A DNA stretch of 64,000 nt from the IMG/VR virus record IMGVR_UViG_3300048014_000353, positions 32,001 through 96,000 of that record. One strand, given 5' to 3'. The DNA comes from a virus. A model generated the notes under the pieces. That model was not told the DNA's origin and did no database searches. It saw only the letters and a program-made list of their open reading frames with translations. Below, piece by piece: positions 8,646-17,045 of the stretch (position 1 is its first letter; each line of letters opens with the position of its first letter). The position numbers were made by a program, and so were the translations under genes.

Positions 8646-10447
8646 GGGGTCACCTCGGGCGTGACGACGGCTTCACCACGCGTCCGGAGATAGGCGGCTG
8701 CGAGCTTCTTCACGTGGTCGGTGTCCACTTCGAGCGCCTCGACGATGTCGGCGTTCGGGTCGAGTACGCCGTCGAGCTGCTGCTTCTTCACGCCGAGGAT
8801 GTCCATCACGATGGGGTCGCTCCCCTCGGCGCTCTCGAGGTAGTAAGCGAAGACGGGATGGGCCTGGCCGTCGCGGTACACGCGCGCGGTCCCCTGCATA
8901 TGGACGGCCGGCGAGAAGTCGAATTCGCCGTACACGACCCGCGAGCAAACGTTCTGCAGGCCGTCGAGCCCCGCGCCCGCGCGCAGACTCATGATCATCA
9001 GCCGCGTCTCACCCTCGATGAACCGCCGCTTGCTCTCCGCCTTCTGCTTGGGGGACTCTTCCCCCGTGAAGAACGCCGGGTGGAAGTCTCCGAGAAGCTT
9101 CGCCCAGATGTCGTAGACCGCGCGGTGCCAGCCGTACAGAAGGACGCTTCCGCCCTCGCTCCCATCGAGGAGCATTCGAATGAAGTGCGCGACCGCCGGC
9201 GCCTTCGCGATCCCCGTCGCCTGCCGGAGCTGCATCGAGAATTCGCGGCTCGCCATGAAGCGTTGGCCCTTGAAGGCGTCGCCGCTCCCGAGGATGATCT
9301 TCGCGAGCTCCGCGCACGTCCCCCCGACCTTGTCGAGCTCGTCGGGGTTGGCCTCGACGGGCTGAACGATGTTCTGGAGCTTCGGGAGCTCACGCCCGAC
9401 CTCCTCCACCGTCCGCCGAAGCATGAGGCCGTTGTCCCGAAGGAACGACCCGAACGCCTTGGGGTCCTTCACCCGATTCGTCCCGCCGCCCCACTCCCGC
9501 ATGAACTCGTCCCGCTCACCGAGCGCGCCCGGGCGCACGATCTCCAGCACATTGAAGAATTCGTCCCCGTGGTTGTGGATGGGGGTCCCCGAGAGCGCGA
9601 CGCACACCTGAACGCTCGCGCGGACGTAGGCCGCCGCCCGGTAGCGCGCCGTCTCCGGATGGCGGACCTCCTGCGCCTCGTCGAGCACGAACGACCGCAG
9701 CCCCATCTTCGAAAGGTGATGGCCCCAGCCCTGCAGCTTGTGCCAGTTGCCGATGATGACGTCGGGCATCGTCGTTGCGCGCCCGTGGTAGACGTCGTCG
9801 CGACTCGCCCAGCACCGCGTGCACCGCAGGCCGTGGTTCATCTGGGCGAAGACGTGCTTGCGGCACACGCGCCCCTTGGGGCCGACCGCCACATCGTACG
9901 GCGTCATCCCGTCGAGGACGTGGCACCGCAGGTTCGGCGCGAACTTGTCCACTTGCTGCGCCCATTGCGTCGGGAGCGCGGTCAGCGTCATGACGAGGGC
10001 GGGGAGCGCCTCGGGACGCGCGATCGTGCCGATGGCCGTCGCGGTCTTTCCGAGACCCATGCTGTCGGCAACGAGCAGCGACCCTGTTCGCACCGCGAGC
10101 GATGCGGCGACCTCTTGGTAGTCCCTCAGCGGAAGCGCCAATGCGAACGGCAGTCGCTCCACGCGCTGCGCGAGCGTGTCCTCGATGAGCTTCTCCTGCG
10201 CGACGTGCTCGCTCGCGCGCGCCCGAAGGCGCTTCTCGACCCGCGGCGCCATCTCGAGCGGGTAGCGCTCGATGAACCACACGAGGTCGCGCGCGACGTC
10301 CATCGTGTCCGACAGATGCAGCGCGCCGAAGTCACCGGCGCTGATGCGCGCGAACACGCGCTTCAGGCGGAGGCAGACGTCGGGCGTCGCCTCGATCGCC
10401 CACTTCTCTTGGTCCGCGTCGTAGGAGATCGTGCCGTAGGTTTTCAA
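8642..10447 (-). CDS. SNF2-family (SF2) helicase
   Basis: LVADSMGLGKT, FVLDEAQ, LSGTPIHN, SLRAGAGLDGLQ, QGTARVYRDGQ; TTG start overlapping the upstream TGA. Confidence 0.92.
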   Translation of the reverse strand: MKTYGTISYDADQEKWAIEATPDVCLRLKRVFARISAGDFGALHLSDTMDVARDLVWFIERYPLEMAPRVEKRLRARASEHVAQEKLIEDTLAQRVERLPFALALPLRDYQEVAASLAVRTGSLLVADSMGLGKTATAIGTIARPEALPALVMTLTALPTQWAQQVDKFAPNLRCHVLDGMTPYDVAVGPKGRVCRKHVFAQMNHGLRCTRCWASRDDVYHGRATTMPDVIIGNWHKLQGWGHHLSKMGLRSFVLDEAQEVRHPETARYRAAAYVRASVQVCVALSGTPIHNHGDEFFNVLEIVRPGALGERDEFMREWGGGTNRVKDPKAFGSFLRDNGLMLRRTVEEVGRELPKLQNIVQPVEANPDELDKVGGTCAELAKIILGSGDAFKGQRFMASREFSMQLRQATGIAKAPAVAHFIRMLLDGSEGGSVLLYGWHRAVYDIWAKLLGDFHPAFFTGEESPKQKAESKRRFIEGETRLMIMSLRAGAGLDGLQNVCSRVVYGEFDFSPAVHMQGTARVYRDGQAHPVFAYYLESAEGSDPIVMDILGVKKQQLDGVLDPNADIVEALEVDTDHVKKLAAAYLRTRGEAVVTPEVTP

Positions 10448-10812
10448 AACAGCCCCGTAGGAAGATGCACGGCGAGAATCGCCTTGCCGTTGAGGGAGGG
10501 AGGACACGCCGACGCGAGGCGGGCGCGCGTCGTCACGAGCACCAGCTCGGTCACGGCGTCGAACTCCGCGTACCGCGCGAGTTGCCGGAGTAGATCGTTG
10601 GACGAGGAGGTCATCTTCACCTCGACCCCGATGCGGCCGACCATGAAGTCGATGCGGTCTTTGCGCGACAGGACGACTTCGCGCTCGAACGCCATCACGT
10701 CCTCGGTGAACGCTTTGGCGATCCCCTCCTGAAGGGTGCGCTCGTCGGGCGCGCGGAACCGGCGACGCCGCAGCGCCACGCCGATCTTGAGCGCGAGATG
10801 GCTCGGCGTCAC
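10444..10812 (-). CDS. PD-(D/E)XK nuclease-fold protein
   Basis: E...RIDF...GVEVK...QLARY motif pattern; adjacent to the SNF2 helicase. Confidence 0.7.
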   Translation of the reverse strand: MTPSHLALKIGVALRRRRFRAPDERTLQEGIAKAFTEDVMAFEREVVLSRKDRIDFMVGRIGVEVKMTSSSNDLLRQLARYAEFDAVTELVLVTTRARLASACPPSLNGKAILAVHLPTGLF

Positions 10813-11444
10813 GGCACGACCACCTTTCCGAAACGCGTGAACACTCTCTGGAACGAGCGCGTCATCACCGGCCCCTCGGGGCCGATCGGCGGCAGGAGCA
10901 CAAGCACGTTCGCGTGGGTCGGCGCGTCGCCGGCGACAAGGCCGGGCGGCGGCGGCTCGTCCACCTCTCCTACGAAGAGGGCCGACTGCCGGAGCTTGCT
11001 AGCAGGCTCCTCGGTCGCGACCCAGAACGGGATGCGCTCACGCGGAATGCAGAAGGGGAAGTCGAGCGGGATCGGGCCGGTCGGCCGGTTCTGGGTCGAC
11101 TGGAGGATCTCGATCGAGAACCCGAGGAACATGGCCGCGCCGACCCGGCGCGCGTGCCACTCGGCCGCGAGGCGAAACCAGAACGCCTTGGCGAGGCTGC
11201 GCTCATTGTCGGTGGAGCCGCCCGGGGGGTTCAACCAAGCTGTCCGTGAGGTCCAGTCGCAGCCCCGGCGAAGTGAGTTGTCCCGCTGGGTGTAGAAGCG
11301 CGCCGCGCGCACCATCTCGTTGGCTTGCGCGCAGCTCGCCGGGTCGAGTTCGATGCCGCCCAAGACCTCGCGCGCGGCGTCGAGATAGTTCTGGGGTGTG
11401 TAGTGGTGGACCGACTCGGAAGAGTGCTTCGCGTTCGGCGCCAT
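10809..11444 (-). CDS. Phage N6-adenine DNA methyltransferase-like protein
   Basis: HYTP...GGIELDPASC...WLNPPG motifs of the phage Dam-like family; TGATG-coupled start. Confidence 0.75.
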   Translation of the reverse strand: MAPNAKHSSESVHHYTPQNYLDAAREVLGGIELDPASCAQANEMVRAARFYTQRDNSLRRGCDWTSRTAWLNPPGGSTDNERSLAKAFWFRLAAEWHARRVGAAMFLGFSIEILQSTQNRPTGPIPLDFPFCIPRERIPFWVATEEPASKLRQSALFVGEVDEPPPPGLVAGDAPTHANVLVLLPPIGPEGPVMTRSFQRVFTRFGKVVVP

Positions 11445-12109
11445 CACGCGCAACCCTTCAGCGACGACTGGCCCTTCTCGTAGAAGGTGACCGCGCGCAT
11501 CGGGTATCCAAACCCCATGGAGAGACCAAACGCCTTGACGAAGACGCAGCCCTTCGGGGCGTTCGGCACGATGTAGTGCACGAACCCGATTCGCCCGTTC
11601 GGACACACGACACGCGCGGCCTCGCGAAGGAGATGCGAGGGAAGCGGGTAGCCCGTGCCGTACAGCTCCTTCGCGTAGTGCTTGGTGTACGGAGGGTCGA
11701 GAAGCACGCCCGCCATTGACCCGGTCGCGAAGGGGAGATGTCGTCCATCGGCGACGATGTCCGGCTTCGCTTCCGGTCGGATGTCCACGCGAATGCCTTC
11801 GCCCTTTGGCAGACCCCCCGAGCAAACGTGCAGAAGCTCGCTCCGGTCACACTTCAACCACGGGAGGACCTTCGTGATGAACGACGCCGGGTACATGCCG
11901 AGCACGCCGGTCTCTTCGACCGGGTCGCCGAGGTCCTCGAAGAGCATCGAGATGACCGGCCGGCGGGGAGTCCGTCCCTCGATGTTCACCGGGAACGAGG
12001 TTCCGTCGGGTCGCTGCACGCGCGCTCGCTTTGGATTTGGCGTGCGATTGCCGGTCATCGGCCGCTCGCGCCCGGGATGCGGGATGTCCCGCTTTGCGGC
12101 GTGCTTCAC
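11444..12109 (-). CDS. SAM-dependent DNA amino-methyltransferase-like protein
   Basis: LLHVCSG, RVDIRPE...DIVADGRHLPF, LLDPPY, LLREAARV. Confidence 0.75.
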   Translation of the reverse strand: MKHAAKRDIPHPGRERPMTGNRTPNPKRARVQRPDGTSFPVNIEGRTPRRPVISMLFEDLGDPVEETGVLGMYPASFITKVLPWLKCDRSELLHVCSGGLPKGEGIRVDIRPEAKPDIVADGRHLPFATGSMAGVLLDPPYTKHYAKELYGTGYPLPSHLLREAARVVCPNGRIGFVHYIVPNAPKGCVFVKAFGLSMGFGYPMRAVTFYEKGQSSLKGCA

Positions 12110-12603
12110 GGGCCACCAAACGGGATCGGCGTGCGGTCGTACCCGATGTAGAGCGGGTGCTGGGGCGTCCCGTCGCCGTTCAGTTGGAGCGCGAACGTCT
12201 CGCGCCCCGCCGCGTTCAAAAGTCCGAGCACGTGCCTGGCACGCGCCGGCTCGGCGTTCTTCCCCCAGCCGCAGATCACCGGTCCCCCGGCGGTCCCCTC
12301 CACGATGTAGCGGTCGTTGTCAGGGCCGACCGGGTCCTTCACGGTCTTCAGCAACCCCGGGTCCGTCGAGACCCAGGCGTACAGATTCACGATGCGCACG
12401 CGCCGAAAGCCGAGCCTTTGGGCAAAGCCCTGGATCTTGCGACTCGTTGGGTCCTCGATGCCGTCCTCGGCCGCCTTGCTCGGGTTGAGCATGCAGAAGG
12501 ACACCACGTCCCCCTTGTGCTGCTGGAAGAGGTCACCGGTCGGCGCGACCTCGCGCTCGAGCAGGTAGCGGTACGACCGGCAGAGCGAGAAGACTGCGCT
12601 CAT
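12106..12603 (-). CDS. DUF1643 family protein
   Basis: YRYLLER...MLNPS...DPT...VNLYAWVSTDP...GWG...PQHPLY. Confidence 0.88.
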   Translation of the reverse strand: MSAVFSLCRSYRYLLEREVAPTGDLFQQHKGDVVSFCMLNPSKAAEDGIEDPTSRKIQGFAQRLGFRRVRIVNLYAWVSTDPGLLKTVKDPVGPDNDRYIVEGTAGGPVICGWGKNAEPARARHVLGLLNAAGRETFALQLNGDGTPQHPLYIGYDRTPIPFGGP

Positions 12604-12830
12604 GCCGCGCTCCATCGCCCACGGCGCTGGCCGTGGTGCGTGTCGTACTCGACGCGCAAAAGGCCCTCGCGCACAAGGAGTGCGAGGGCGTTCGAGCACG
12701 ACCCAAGCAGGTTGTTCTCGCGCTCGATCTCCCGCTTCGTCGCGCGCGGGTGGTCCTGCACGTACGCGAGCACCGCCGCCCGCGTGGGGGCGATGCGCTT
12801 GTAGTCCGTCGCAACGTTCTCGGGGTTCAT
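12600..12830 (-). CDS. Small winged-helix DNA-binding protein
   Basis: AVLAYVQDHPRATKREI...ALALLVREGLLR pattern. Confidence 0.65.
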   Translation of the reverse strand: MNPENVATDYKRIAPTRAAVLAYVQDHPRATKREIERENNLLGSCSNALALLVREGLLRVEYDTHHGQRRGRWSAA

Positions 12831-13135
12831 GGCCAAACCTCCACAGTGCAAACCTTCGCCAATCCGCAGCACACGAGCGCGCCCTGCACGCTCCCGTCCG
12901 GAGAGGTCCCGCGCGCCTCGTAATAGGCGTCGTCCGAGGTCGAGCAACCTTCTTCGCCCGTGGCGATGCCGTCCCCCATGACCGTCACGTTCGTCCAGCC
13001 ATGCATCGCCAGCACGCGCGTCGCGATGCCGCGGTCCCCCGGTCGAAAGAACGCCGTCAAACCCGCGCTCAGAAGGCACGCGAGAACCGCGAGCCACACC
13101 ACCACACCCATCCCTTCTTGCTCATCGCGTCGCAT
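12827..13135 (-). CDS. Membrane-anchored Cys-containing phage protein (paralog of 15192-15482)
   Basis: N-terminal TM helix; GW..VTV...GC..D...ARG...G...A.VCCG..K.CTV. Confidence 0.7.
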   Translation of the reverse strand: MRRDEQEGMGVVVWLAVLACLLSAGLTAFFRPGDRGIATRVLAMHGWTNVTVMGDGIATGEEGCSTSDDAYYEARGTSPDGSVQGALVCCGLAKVCTVEVWP

Positions 13136-13153
13136 GGATCCTCCGGAAGGAAT

Positions 13154-13171
13154 CGACTCAAAAACGAGTCA
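13154..13171. promoter_or_regulatory. Operator-like palindrome, family A
   Basis: CGACTCA-AAAA-CGAGTCA just upstream of the GGAGG RBS of 12827-13135; TTGACG (-35-like, minus strand) at 13179-13184. Confidence 0.65.
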
Positions 13172-13180
13172 CATCATCCG

Positions 13181-13450
13181 TCAACGGGCCGCCTCACCCG
13201 CCGCGCACCGGTAGAGGAAGGCACGCCCCGGCAGCCTCGCGCGAGTCGCAAGCCCGAGCCTCCGCAGGTCCTCCAGCTTGTTGTTCGCGCCGCCCGGACT
13301 CCCCTTCGCGCCGAGCTTCGCGTGCAACTCTACGGGCGTCAGCGTTTGGTGGACGCGCAGGAGGTCATAGGCTCTTTGGAGCTTCGGCGGCAGGTGCGCG
13401 AGTCCCGTGCCCTGGCAGGCGCGGCAAGGAATCTTGGTCTTCTCTTTCAT
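13181..13450 (-). CDS. CxxCxGxG zinc finger plus winged-helix protein
   Basis: PCRACQGTG followed by LTPVELHAKL...NNKLEDLRRLGLATR. Confidence 0.7.
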   Translation of the reverse strand: MKEKTKIPCRACQGTGLAHLPPKLQRAYDLLRVHQTLTPVELHAKLGAKGSPGGANNKLEDLRRLGLATRARLPGRAFLYRCAAGEAAR

Positions 13451-14031
13451 CGGGTCCCTCGAAGAAGTTGATCGATCCGTGCGTAGAGCTTGGGAGCCGA
13501 GCCCGTCGGCACCTCCTCTTCGTAGAGCCGCGAGAGCTCCGGCCACGCGGCGATGAAGGGGGCCCACTCCGGGTGCGCGACGGCGACCTCGGCGAGGCGT
13601 TCGGTCCAGCCGTCGGCGCAGCGGAGCAGGCGATAGCACCGCCCGAAGTCGCCGTGGTCGTAGGGGACGCTCGCGAGCGGCTTGCCGCCGAAATAGGTGT
13701 AGACGTCGGGGCGCCGCGCGAGCACGGCGAAGATGACGCGCGAGCTCGCGCCGGTGTCGGGCCCGGCGAGCCACTCGGCGGGGCTCTTGGGGTGCAGGAG
13801 CGCACAGTCGCTTGGCGCGTGGCCGCGCAGGCTGCAATACGTGCACACGTTCCCGTTGGGGTGCGGCTCGCACCCGCCATGGGCTTTGGCGAATTCCGCC
13901 GAGGTCTGCCCCCAGACGAGGATGTCCGAGCGCTCCAGCACCTGGAAGGCGCCGCAGCGCAGACACTCGATCCGGTTGCCCTTCACGGTGTTGATGACCA
14001 GCCAATTCAAGTTCGCGGTTTCCTTAGACAT
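13447..14031 (-). CDS. Conserved phage hypothetical protein with zinc-knuckle-like motifs
   Basis: CLRCG, CTYCSLRGHAPSDC, and W...DTGASS...PYDHGDFGRCYRLL pattern. Confidence 0.75.
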   Translation of the reverse strand: MSKETANLNWLVINTVKGNRIECLRCGAFQVLERSDILVWGQTSAEFAKAHGGCEPHPNGNVCTYCSLRGHAPSDCALLHPKSPAEWLAGPDTGASSRVIFAVLARRPDVYTYFGGKPLASVPYDHGDFGRCYRLLRCADGWTERLAEVAVAHPEWAPFIAAWPELSRLYEEEVPTGSAPKLYARIDQLLRGTR

Positions 14032-14641
14032 GAAGCGCCCCTTCGATCCCTTCTCGTTCCGCGGCGAGGTCGGCCTCCGATGGCATCCCTGCGCCGGCGG
14101 CGATGGCCTCGTCGATCGGCAGTCCCGCGCGGAACGCTTCCGCAGCAAAGCGGAGCCGCGCCACCGTGAGGAGGCCGCACTCCTCCGAACACACGACGAG
14201 GCGCTTCTCCGGTGGAGCCGTAGGCTCCGCAACGCCCGTCGGAGCTGCCTTCGTGACCATGGCGCGCTGGCAGCCGACGCACACCGCGACCTCGTCACCG
14301 AGGTCTTGTCGGAGGTGCTTGTAGTGGACGTCGCTCATGCCGCGCGCCTGCTCGCGGAACTTCTTCTCGAAGCGGGTCACGAAGCGCGAGCGCTTCCACA
14401 TGCGCGCGGCGCCCGTCACGAGTTCGAAGACTCCCTGCGCGACGATGCCTAAGACGAAGAGCGCCACGGGCGGCCCAAAGAACAACCAGACCCACAGCCA
14501 CTCGGGCTCGTCGTCGTCGATCGGCTGCTGTGTCTTGGCCCAGCGAAACGCGGCGATGACCCCGACGCCGCTGGTCATCCAGCCGGCGAGCACCCAAAGC
14601 GTGACAACGGCGACGTGGACGCCGTGCGGAGAAGGGTTCAC
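14024..14641 (-). CDS. Membrane protein (two TM segments) with C-terminal Cys motifs
   Basis: Two hydrophobic stretches, then CVGC...CSEEC; GTGA-coupled start. Confidence 0.6.
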   Translation of the reverse strand: MNPSPHGVHVAVVTLWVLAGWMTSGVGVIAAFRWAKTQQPIDDDEPEWLWVWLFFGPPVALFVLGIVAQGVFELVTGAARMWKRSRFVTRFEKKFREQARGMSDVHYKHLRQDLGDEVAVCVGCQRAMVTKAAPTGVAEPTAPPEKRLVVCSEECGLLTVARLRFAAEAFRAGLPIDEAIAAGAGMPSEADLAAEREGIEGALHV

Positions 14642-15195
14642 GCGGCGCTCCGCGTGCGCTTCGGCCCCAGGCGGCGCATCTCCGCCTGGAGACACCCGCA
14701 CGAGCTCGTCCGCCCGTCCTCGAAGTACCGGCCGAGGACGACGACGAGCTTTCCGCACGTGCAGCGGCATTCCCACTGCGCGTGGCCGTAGCGGTCCTTG
14801 CCGACTTGCCGCACCGCCGTGAGCCGGCCGTCCTCTTGGCGCTTGCCGGCGAGGTCCCGCGGGCGCTCGCTGGGGTGAAACTTTTCCGGGGCGTGCGCGA
14901 GCTGCGTCGCGACGAGCGAGGCGAGCGGAAGGCGGTAGTCCCCGAGCCACGTGCGCCCCTCGGCCGTGAGCACGTGGGAACCTGAGGCCGACGCGATGAG
15001 ACCTTCGAGGTCCAGCCAGGAGAGAAGGTTCGCGGCCTTGGTGACCGGGGCGCGGTGGGCGACGGTGAAACGCACGACGTCTTGGAGCGAGCGCGGCTCG
15101 CGCAGGAACGCCGCGAGGGGGCGAGCCCATTCGGCCCAGCGCGGATCGGAGGACGCCGGGCACGAGGCGCCTCCGACGGACACCGCGCTGGTCAT
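14638..15195 (-). CDS. wHTH-like domain fused to an HNH-associated N-terminal zinc domain (no nuclease core)
   Basis: DLAGKRQEDGRLTAV...WECRCTCGK...GRTSSCGCL is the typical N-terminal domain of phage HNH endonucleases. Confidence 0.7.
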   Translation of the reverse strand: MTSAVSVGGASCPASSDPRWAEWARPLAAFLREPRSLQDVVRFTVAHRAPVTKAANLLSWLDLEGLIASASGSHVLTAEGRTWLGDYRLPLASLVATQLAHAPEKFHPSERPRDLAGKRQEDGRLTAVRQVGKDRYGHAQWECRCTCGKLVVVLGRYFEDGRTSSCGCLQAEMRRLGPKRTRSAA

Positions 15196-15482
15196 CGTGG
15201 GGTCCTCACCGTGCACCCCTTGCTGCTGAAGCCGCTGCTGCTGAAGCCGCCGCAGCAGACGATGGCCCGCGCGGGGCGCCCGACCGCATCGAGCCCACGA
15301 GCCACGAACTTGGCGCCGTCGTCGTCGCCGCAGCCGGTGCGAAAGAAGGAATCGTCCTTCTGAACGGTCACCTGCGACCAGCCGAGGAAACGAACCGCGC
15401 TCTCCGCTTCGGACGGAGGAACGTCGTCGCACGCCACCACGAGACAAGCCGCGAACGCCGAGGCAATCAACGGGAGTTTCAT
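15192..15482 (-). CDS. Phage lipoprotein (paralog of 12827-13135)
   Basis: Signal peptide with lipobox LVVA-C; same Cys pattern as the paralog. Confidence 0.75.
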   Translation of the reverse strand: MKLPLIASAFAACLVVACDDVPPSEAESAVRFLGWSQVTVQKDDSFFRTGCGDDDGAKFVARGLDAVGRPARAIVCCGGFSSSGFSSKGCTVRTPR

Positions 15483-16636
15483 GCAACCTCCTTCGGGAAT
15501 TGACGGACGTGGAGATCGAGCGGGAGCTCCGCGAGGTCGCCCCCCTTCCGATCAAGAAGCTGGAGACAATTGGAGCTCGTCGCGACGCCGATTGGTGTTT
15601 CGCGCGGGAGGCCGAGGACGCTCGGGTGCAACCCCGTCATCGCCGCCATGGCGACGGGCCCCATGGCCTCGGGGTTGGTGACCACGACGTGCACGGGGAT
15701 CGACGAGTCGAAGGGGCGCGCGCCCGCCTGCTTGAAGAAGGCGGGCGTCCCCGCCTTGGCGCAGTCGGCGAGGATGCGGCGTGCCCATTGGAGGTCGAAG
15801 GGGCGGGAACCCGGCCCACTCTCGCCCCCCACGATGACCCAAGATCGCGGACGCGCGTGGCGGAGGAATCCTCCCGGGACCCATTCCATCGTGTCCCGAT
15901 CGAGGTGGCCGCTCTCCCAGAGAAACGCGCCGATGTCGACGCGCTCCAGCAGCGGCTCGCACGAGAGGAAGCGAATCGCCGCGGGGATTGCGCAGAGGTC
16001 CGGGATGCGCTCGTCGGCGCGCTTCTGGTCTTCCACCGACACCCCGAGGTGCACGTTGGGAAGCGGCCAGGGGACCGCCGCCCCTTCCTCGCTGACGACC
16101 AGGTAGTCCGGCGCGCCGGTGTCCTCCGGCGGGAGGCCGAAGTACGCCTCGATGCGCCTCGATTCCGCGAGGCGCTTGAACATTGCCACCTGCGCTCGGA
16201 ACGCGGGCGAGAGCATCACCTCGCGCATGCGCGTGGAGCGCTTGGTGAGCACCTGGAACGTGTGCCGCGGCGCCGCGGCCATGACGCCGAACACAGCCGC
16301 GATCTCGTCCACGTCGACCTCCTCGTAGAAGAGGTCCCCCATGTCGGCGACGAAGATGCGCGAGGGCTTCCGGAGCTTCAGCGGCATCGTGAGATCCGGC
16401 AGCCAGAGCCGCGACTCGCCCGTCCACTGCGGACCGTGCGCGGTGAAGGTCGCGAGCCCTCCGTACTTCTTCGTCTTACGCAGACGAGTCGAGATGAGCC
16501 GCTCGGCGTAGCAGCCGCCGACCCCGCGGGCGCCCCCGCAGCCGGGGCTCACGCGCCGGCAGCCGTTGACGATGGGCCACGAGTGGCCGAGCGAGCCGTC
16601 GTCGTTTCTGCACCATTCGATCGTCGTCTTGCCCAT
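15479..16636 (-). CDS. DUF5131 / phage Gp37Gp68 family (three-Cys, radical-SAM-like)
   Basis: TTIEW...GCRRVSPGC...CYAE, IFVADMGDLF, HTFQVLTKR, GVSVEDQ, FLSCEPLL, WVIVGGESG. Confidence 0.92.
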   Translation of the reverse strand: MGKTTIEWCRNDDGSLGHSWPIVNGCRRVSPGCGGARGVGGCYAERLISTRLRKTKKYGGLATFTAHGPQWTGESRLWLPDLTMPLKLRKPSRIFVADMGDLFYEEVDVDEIAAVFGVMAAAPRHTFQVLTKRSTRMREVMLSPAFRAQVAMFKRLAESRRIEAYFGLPPEDTGAPDYLVVSEEGAAVPWPLPNVHLGVSVEDQKRADERIPDLCAIPAAIRFLSCEPLLERVDIGAFLWESGHLDRDTMEWVPGGFLRHARPRSWVIVGGESGPGSRPFDLQWARRILADCAKAGTPAFFKQAGARPFDSSIPVHVVVTNPEAMGPVAMAAMTGLHPSVLGLPRETPIGVATSSNCLQLLDRKGGDLAELPLDLHVRQFPKEVA

Positions 16637-16644
16637 GGCGGCCC

Positions 16645-16998
16645 CTACGCGCTCTCGCGGTCCCACTCGACCGGGAGCGTGTCGTGGGTCGTGTCCATCA
16701 GCGACGCGACGTCGTCGGTGGGGCGCGCCTCGGAGGGCTCGCCCGGCCGTCCCGACCCCGACACCCGCGCGAGCTCGACGAAGCGCGCCGTGACCGTCCC
16801 GTCCGCGCTCGTGTCGCGCACGAGCCACTCGAGCACCGCGCCCCGGCCACCTGTCTCCCGCAGCGTGTCCATCATCCCCTCCAGCGTCCCGCCGAGCGCG
16901 ATCCGCCGCGCGCCCCGGCGCACCTGGTAGAGCGGCGGCCGCACCCGAGCCCGAATCTCCACGCTCTCGACCGCAGCTTCGTTCGATACGGCTTCCAT
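16645..16998 (-). CDS. Hypothetical protein
   Basis: GGAGG RBS and GC3-rich codons. Confidence 0.6.
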   Translation of the reverse strand: MEAVSNEAAVESVEIRARVRPPLYQVRRGARRIALGGTLEGMMDTLRETGGRGAVLEWLVRDTSADGTVTARFVELARVSGSGRPGEPSEARPTDDVASLMDTTHDTLPVEWDRESA

Positions 16999-17045
16999 CC
17001 TGGCCTCCCTCGTTTGAACCCCACACGGCCACGCCACGACCCTTT

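Noticed and set aside
8708-8722. TTCACGTG half-matches to chromosomal parS (also near 20600)
   Set aside because: Only partial, inside coding sequence, with no full 16-bp palindrome.
8030-10732. Very long antisense ORFs in the track (e.g. 8030-10732+, 44051-46702-, 61572-63683-, 59022-61229-)
   Set aside because: Shadow ORFs typical of high-GC DNA opposite genes with clear motifs; no motifs or RBS of their own.
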